Made by a program: the position numbers and the translations under genes. Below the pieces are notes generated by a model. It did not search any database, was not told the origin of the DNA, and worked only from the letters and a program-made list of their open reading frames with translations. From the NCBI RefSeq assembly GCF_009914755.1, contig NC_060937.1: a DNA stretch of 64,000 bases. One strand, given 5' to 3'. The stretch is from the human T2T-CHM13v2.0 reference genome, Homo sapiens. Numbering within the stretch: the first letter of the stretch is position 1; each line of letters begins with the position of its first letter. Below, one piece after another: positions 57,340-64,000 of this stretch.

Positions 57340-57700
57340 AATTTTATTGAACATTGATCTCATAAAAGTAGAGAATAGAATTGTGTTTACCAGAGGCTGG
57401 GACAGTGTTGGAGGAGGGGGTTGGAGAGATGTTGGTAAAAGGTTACAAAATTTCAGTTAGTTAGGAGGAACAAGTTCGAGAGACCTGTTGGACAAAATCG
57501 TGACTTTAGTTAACACCAATATGTTATATCTTGGAAAATACTGAGAGTAGATTTTAAGTGATCTCACCAAAAAATGACAATTACATGAGGTAATACATTT
57601 GTTATTTAGCTTGATTTAGCTATTCTACAATGTATATACTTTAAATCCTGCTGTACATAATAAATACACTTTCATATGTCAATTAAAAATTAAACAAAAG
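57340..57700 (+). mobile_element. L1MA 3' end
   Basis: AGTAGAGAATAGAATTGTG..TACCAGAGGCTGGG, ACAAAATTTCAGTTAG and GAGTAGATTTTAAGTG. Confidence 0.85.
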
Positions 57701-58019
57701 CATTATAAAAGCATAGATTAAGATGCACTATTTAAATCACCTCTCCAATATCCTACATGTGCTTAAGTTTACATCTATTTTATACCTAGTCTTTCTCATA
57801 GAAAATATACTTAAAATTTATTTATAGTCATTAATATCTACTCTTAAACTTCTATTTCATTTCTGAGTGACAAAAAATAAGCTTTTAACTTTACTAGCCT
57901 AAAAAATTTCTCTTGTCAATACAACCAATTACTTTTATCGTTTTAGATCTAATGGTCTATTTACAGCCCTTTTCTAAATTGAATTCCCATAGGACATAAT
58001 ATGAGAGATTATCCTCTTC

Positions 58020-60065
58020 TTTAAAAACAATATCTTTAGTAAATTATAATACACAAATCAAAATTCACCCCTTTAAAATGTACAATTTAAAGTTTTTTAG
58101 TATATTCACATAGTTGCATAACCATTACCACAATCAGTTTTAAATATTTTCATCTTTTCCCAAAGAAATCCTCCACCCATTTGCAGTCATTCCTTACCCA
58201 CATCATTCCCCCATTCAGGCCTAAGCAACTACTAATCTCCTTTCCGTATCTATAAATTTGCTTATTATTAACATTTAATATAAAAGAAAGAATAAAATAT
58301 GGGTAATGTGCAACTTGAGTTTCACACTTAGTGTACAGTTCTCAAGGTCTATTGATGTTATAGCATGGACCATTATTCTGCACCTGTTTTTGGTTTAACA
58401 ATATTCCATTATATGGACAAACCACAGTTTTGTTTAGACATTCATCTATTAAGAGACATTTGGATGTTTCTACTTTGGGGATTTTATAAACAAGATGATA
58501 ATGATCATTTGTGTACAAGATTTTGTGTGGATATATGTTTTAATTTTTCTTAGATATATACCTAGGAGTGAAATTGCTGTGTTATATGATAATTCTATGT
58601 TTACAAATTTGAAAAACTAACAAAGTGTTTTACAAAATGGCTGCAACATTTCACATTTCCATTAACATGTTTGATAGTTTCAAATTCTCCACATCCTCAC
58701 CAACACTTATAGATCTACCTTTTTGGTTATAATCATTGTAGTATACGAGAAGCAGTATCTCTACATGATTGTGATTTGCATTTGACTAGTGGCCAATGAT
58801 GTTGAGAATCATTTCACATACTTATTGACAATAATTATATTCTTCTTTAGAAAGGGGGCTGATCATATATTTTACTCATTCTTAATTATTTTATTTTATT
58901 GTGTTTTATACTTATTTGTATACTCTGAATAAAAGCTGTATAATAGATATGTGATTGCAAATACTTTCTCCCAGGCTGTGAGTTGTCTTGTTACCTTCTT
59001 AATGATATGATTTGCAACACAAAAGTTTTTAAAGTGATATAGTCTCATTTATCTAGGTTTTCTTTTGTTAGTTATACATTTAGAGCCATCTAACCAAACG
59101 TTAACTAACTCAAGGTCATGAATATTTTTCTTCTCTGTTTTCTTCTAATAATTTTACAGTTTTATATCTTATATTTAGGCCAATAACACATTTTGGGTTA
59201 ATTTGTGTGCATGGTATGAGGTAGGTATCCAACTCCATTCCTTTGTCCATCCTATTGTCCCAGCATCATTTGTTGACAAGACTATAACTTCCATGTTTGA
59301 ATTGTCTTGGTACACTTATTGAATATCAGTTGATTACAAATGTATGCATTTTTTGGACTCTCAATGTTATTCCAGTGTTCTATACATTATCCTTATGCCA
59401 GTGCCAGACTATATGAATTAGTGTAGTTGTACACTAAGTGTTTAAATCAGTAAGAATGACTCTTTCAACCTTGTTTTTACTTTTCCACATTATTTTAGCT
59501 ATTCTGGTTTCCTTGTATTTTTATATAAATTTTAAGGTCAGCTTGTCAACTTCCCCCAAAAGAGACAAATCATATTTTGTTAGTGACTGTGATAAATCTG
59601 TTGATCAAGTTGAAGAGTATTGCAATCTTAACAATATTCAGTTTGTTGATTTAAATGTAGGGTATCTTTTCATTTCCTTAAAATCTATGAATTAAAGAAT
59701 ATCTTATTGTTTTAGTGTACACGTGTTTCACTTTTGTTAAATTCATTCCTAAGTATTTTTTTCATGTTATATTACATGAAAGTGCTTTTTACAAATTTTA
59801 TTTCTGGATACTGTATATTGTATATTAATGTTTTAGTCACTAGCCTCACTGAATACCTTTATTTGTTCAATAGCTTTTTTAGTGGATCTTTAAAAACTTT
59901 CCATATACAAGATTTTATAATTTTCTAACAGAAATAGCTTAATTTTTCCAATCTATATAAATTTGCATTGTTTTCTTCATTTTTTCTTTGTCCAATTCCC
60001 CAGTCAGTATCTCAAGTACAAAGCTGAATAGAATTACATCCTTATCTTTCTTTTTTATTTTAGAA
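58020..60065 (-). mobile_element. L1MB-like 3' UTR and ORF2 fragment
   Basis: AAAATTCACCCCTTTAAAATGTACAATT, ATACCTAGGAGTGAAATTGCTG and TGTCCCAGCATCATTTGTTGA. Confidence 0.85.
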
Positions 60066-60144
60066 TATTCCTGTTTTGAGCAGTCACATCTCTGAAAATC
60101 TCTTATCCTATCTTTTCCTGATTCTCTTCCTTATCATACTTGCT

Positions 60145-60370
60145 TGTGTATATGTGTACGTGTGTGTGTGTGTGTGTATATATATGTGTATATATATGTG
60201 TATTATACGTATGTATATATATGCACATGTGTATATATATACACATACGTATATATATGCGTATATATATGCGTATGTGTATATATATACACATATATGT
60301 GTATATAAATATACATACGCATATATATACACATATATATGTGTGTATATACATACGTATATATATACAC
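60145..60370. repeat. Compound (TG)/(TA)/(CA) alternating purine-pyrimidine repeat
   Basis: About 225 bp of low-complexity RY repeat. Confidence 0.95.
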
Positions 60371-60539
60371 TTTTTTTCCTGATCACTAAATTTTGGAATT
60401 TCCCAATTTCCCAAGATTATCTCTTAAGTATTATTTCTATCTCCTCTTTTTCTTTTTACTTGCTTTCATATAGTCCTGGTGCTTTAAATTCCACTTTATG
60501 ATGATTAATCTCAAATACATGTCTCTCTAATTTCCTTCG

Positions 60540-61000
60540 TTCTTCACTTTTGAACTTACAAACATGCAACTTCCTCAAAATTCTAAAAGACACATGAAAA
60601 TTAACATTGTATATATATCCAAACACAACTCTTGCACTCACCTTATAAGACTGCCCCTTCAAATTTATCTCACTTAATGAAATGATACATCTGCCATTTC
60701 CATGGGCAAGAACCAAATATTTATTTTTCCCCTACCTAGTAAAGCTAAGCACAACTACTTTGTATCATTCTGGTTTTTTATTCTAGTCTATGTTTCCTTA
60801 CTGGGCTACTACAATAGCCTCATAATTGGTTCTCTGCATATATCATTCCCCAAATAATCTATTTTTCACAACATTGAGAGATATTTTAAAATCAGAAAAT
60901 CAGATTATGTAATTCCCTTACTAAGATCCTCCAAATACTCTACAGAATGTGCAAATCAAATTCTGCAGCCTCACACAATATGTAGCCTAATTATTTCTGT
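60540..61000 (+). mobile_element. L2 relic
   Basis: CTACTACAATAGCCTCATAATTGGTTCTC and AAAATCAGATTATGT...TCCCTTACT. Confidence 0.6.
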
Positions 61001-64000
61001 CATTTTATTTTTATTACTTATTTTTAATTAAAATAAATCCTTAAAAAGTGTTGTAAGACTAGTAAAATAAGCTTTTATATATCATTCACCTAGATTTAGA
61101 AAATTCTTAAAATTTTCTTATATTAGTGTCCCTTCACTCATTCTCTCTCCTCCCACACACATATTTTCAGAAGCTTTCAAAATTATTTGTAGACAACATA
61201 ATGTCTTTCATTCCTAAACATTTCTGCCTGTATTTCTTAAAAGCAAAAACATTGTCTCACATAAGTCCAATACACACGAATCACAGAAAATTTAATATTG
61301 ATTTAAATAAACACTAATATTTTATGTGGTGTCAATATTTACATTTCTTCAATTGTCCCAATGATGTTCATACTGATCTATGTGCAATGCTAGAGATAAT
61401 CATCTCTGAGTAATTATAGTTTGTTTTGCTTCCTTTACCACTGTACTCCCAGCATGGAGAAAGAAAAATGTTAAACTTCTTAGATTTTCATTGCTGCTTA
61501 GAGCTCAAGGAGTAGGTATTATTATTTTCTCTTCATACGTTTTTCATTCAGTTGCAAACATGTTTCCTCCTAAGCCCATTGTCTTCCAACTGGAAATTAT
61601 TAATAAGAAGTCTTAGGACTGTGTAGCTTATTTTATATTCACTTTCTGTTTTTTTTGGGGGGGTGGTGGGTAGGGGCATTTTACCTCGTGGAAATTTCTG
61701 TTATATTTTTACTTTTCCTGGATGCCATTTTTATAAAATTACTGATGATCTCAGTTATGTTTGATGCTTTCTTAAGCTGCTGCTGGTGAATGTATTCCTG
61801 AGTTTTAAACAGTTATTGCTTCACATTATTTTAGATATAAAAACCTGGAAATTTTATACCCTGGCTTCTTATTTTCCCTAAAAATTTATTACTAATTCTT
61901 TGACTCTTAAAGATTATGTGGCTTATTATAGCAGGAAATATAATGAAGGGGCCTGCATATTTAAGATGATGAGAATATGTATAAGAATTATAATGAGGAA
62001 TAAAATGAGAAAAAAATGCCTTTCTATAACTTTAATGCCCAAATAGTTATCAAGTTAGAAGTTGTTCTTATGAATGACTGATTTAGTATATTTTCTTCAC
62101 TTGGATTTTTTCAACTGTAAAAATGTTATTTTCATTTACCTTTAATTATAGATACCAAATACAATATTTAAAAAACTTACATTTTTCCTAAATGTTGGAA
62201 ATTACTTTCAGCACCTATAGCAAATCGTGTAATATTTCACAAATCCTGATAAAGCCAGATCTGTATAAATTTTAGTTAAATTCAAAAGTTGCTTGATGAC
62301 ACAATTCTATATCCAAAGTCTAGACAACTTATAAAATTTCAGGAAAGAAAAAAGGGATGAACTGCTGTTATAAAGTACTCAAAACCTATTATTCCTTATT
62401 TTATATCATAGTACACAGGCTATCTCTTCTGTCACCTACCTCCAGGCAAAATTGCACCTAATCTATCAGAAAGATGAGTCTCTTCAATTCTTAAAATCCT
62501 TCTGGGCAGTAGATATCACAAGTTCCCTTAATGTCAAAAAAACTTTCAATCAGAAATTTCCTCTCTGCACCTCACTCCTCTGACTATATGTTAAACTCAT
62601 TTTTTTCTCATACAATTCTAATACAAATAGCTTCAATTAATAAAAGGCATATTTGGCAAACAGTATGTTTTCAACTCACTAGGGCTTTCTAAAGTAAAAT
62701 TAATCTGGAGTAAACTTTTAAGAAAAGATATAAATGACATGGAAGTTATCATTTAGAAAATGATTGTAATAAAAGAAAACAACAAAGTACACAGCTAGGG
62801 GGAAATTAGCCAGAAAAGACTTAGAAAATTGGATTCTTTGTTACCGACAGAGTGGGAAGGAAAGTGAGAATGTTAAAGGTGATAAAAAGGTGAGGACTAA
62901 TAGAATATTATTGAATCAAGAATGTATAATTTAGATTAAATATAAAAAATGAAGGAGAAAAATGGAAGGATATTTTGAGATGATTTAAATATTATCCTAG
63001 AAAATATAATTTAATAAAGCCTTATGTATGTATAATGCATGTGTGTGTATATATATATGTACACAAATACAAGTGTGTGTGTATCAGTGATGAGATATAT
63101 ATATAGAGTTTTGTTGTTATGAAAGTAGGACATGCTTTTTATGTTATTTTTTCTATTTTAAATTAATATTACAATATAAATATTTGACTGATTATATATT
63201 AATTGGTTTAACTCTCCTTCCAATTTCAATTATTTGATTAGGAAATTGCTGCATGCACATTTGAATCAATTCAACACTAACTAAATATTTCTTTTCTTCA
63301 GTTTACATTTTTTGATCATCTGATCTTTCTGATTGCATCATGATTTGCTTTGTGTTTACAATATCAGGGACACTGATATTAACACATATCATAAATTCCC
63401 ATTTAAAAAATATATTAAAAGCAAATTGGACAGTCATGAATTTTTTCCTTGCTGACATAAAAAATATCAAGTAAAGTGATTTCCTGTTGCTCTTTCAGAC
63501 ACCAAGCTGCCTCAAATACTAACTTAATTACGAATTATCAAATTATAAATAGAATAGCCTCTAATTAGCCAAACTCTTCAATAACTCTTTATAGAATGAA
63601 TAATCAGTACTTCTAATAACAGTATTCACAGATGAAACAGATGAAAGAAGATATTCAAGTTTTATAATAGATCAACACAACAGGAGTAATAAATATATAA
63701 TAAAAACATATCCTTTTAAAAACCACATCCCTATAGAAACTTCTTTTTGCAGATTGCAAAATATCAGCAACATTATACAAATTATCCTAGATCCATATGA
63801 CAGTATTTATCTTGAACAAAATAAATTAGAAAACTCTTCTTTTCATAAAAGTTGATTATGCCATACATTATTGTTTACATTATATATTTTTTAACATTTT
63901 AAATAAAAATATGTGTAACATTATATAAGAACATTATATAATTAATATATAATTTAAAATTTAAAAAATTCTCTAGGTGACAATATATTTTTTTATCAGC

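Overview
AT-rich, repeat-dense human nuclear DNA that looks intergenic or deep-intronic. The near-consensus AluYa5 points to human. I find no credible protein-coding exon, and the supplied ORFs fall in Alu, L1, LTR or simple repeats, or are short unrecognised frames. Contents: about 10 Alu copies or fragments, including one young AluYa5; many old L1 fragments; a twin-primed, 5'-inverted L1PA with TSDs; a complete solo LTR12 (ERV9); MaLR LTRs (MSTA, THE1, MLT1); a MER21-like LTR; a degraded ERVL-like LTR plus internal segment with an integrase motif; MIR/L2 relics; and a ~160 bp NUMT from mitochondrial 16S rRNA. The least expected signal is a set of short local duplications and inverted templated insertions at 29 kb, 31-35 kb and 53-56 kb that look like template-switch or DSB-repair scars. 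I do not see evidence for a new gene system. Subfamily calls come from remembered consensus motifs, not a database search, and boundaries of old elements are approximate.
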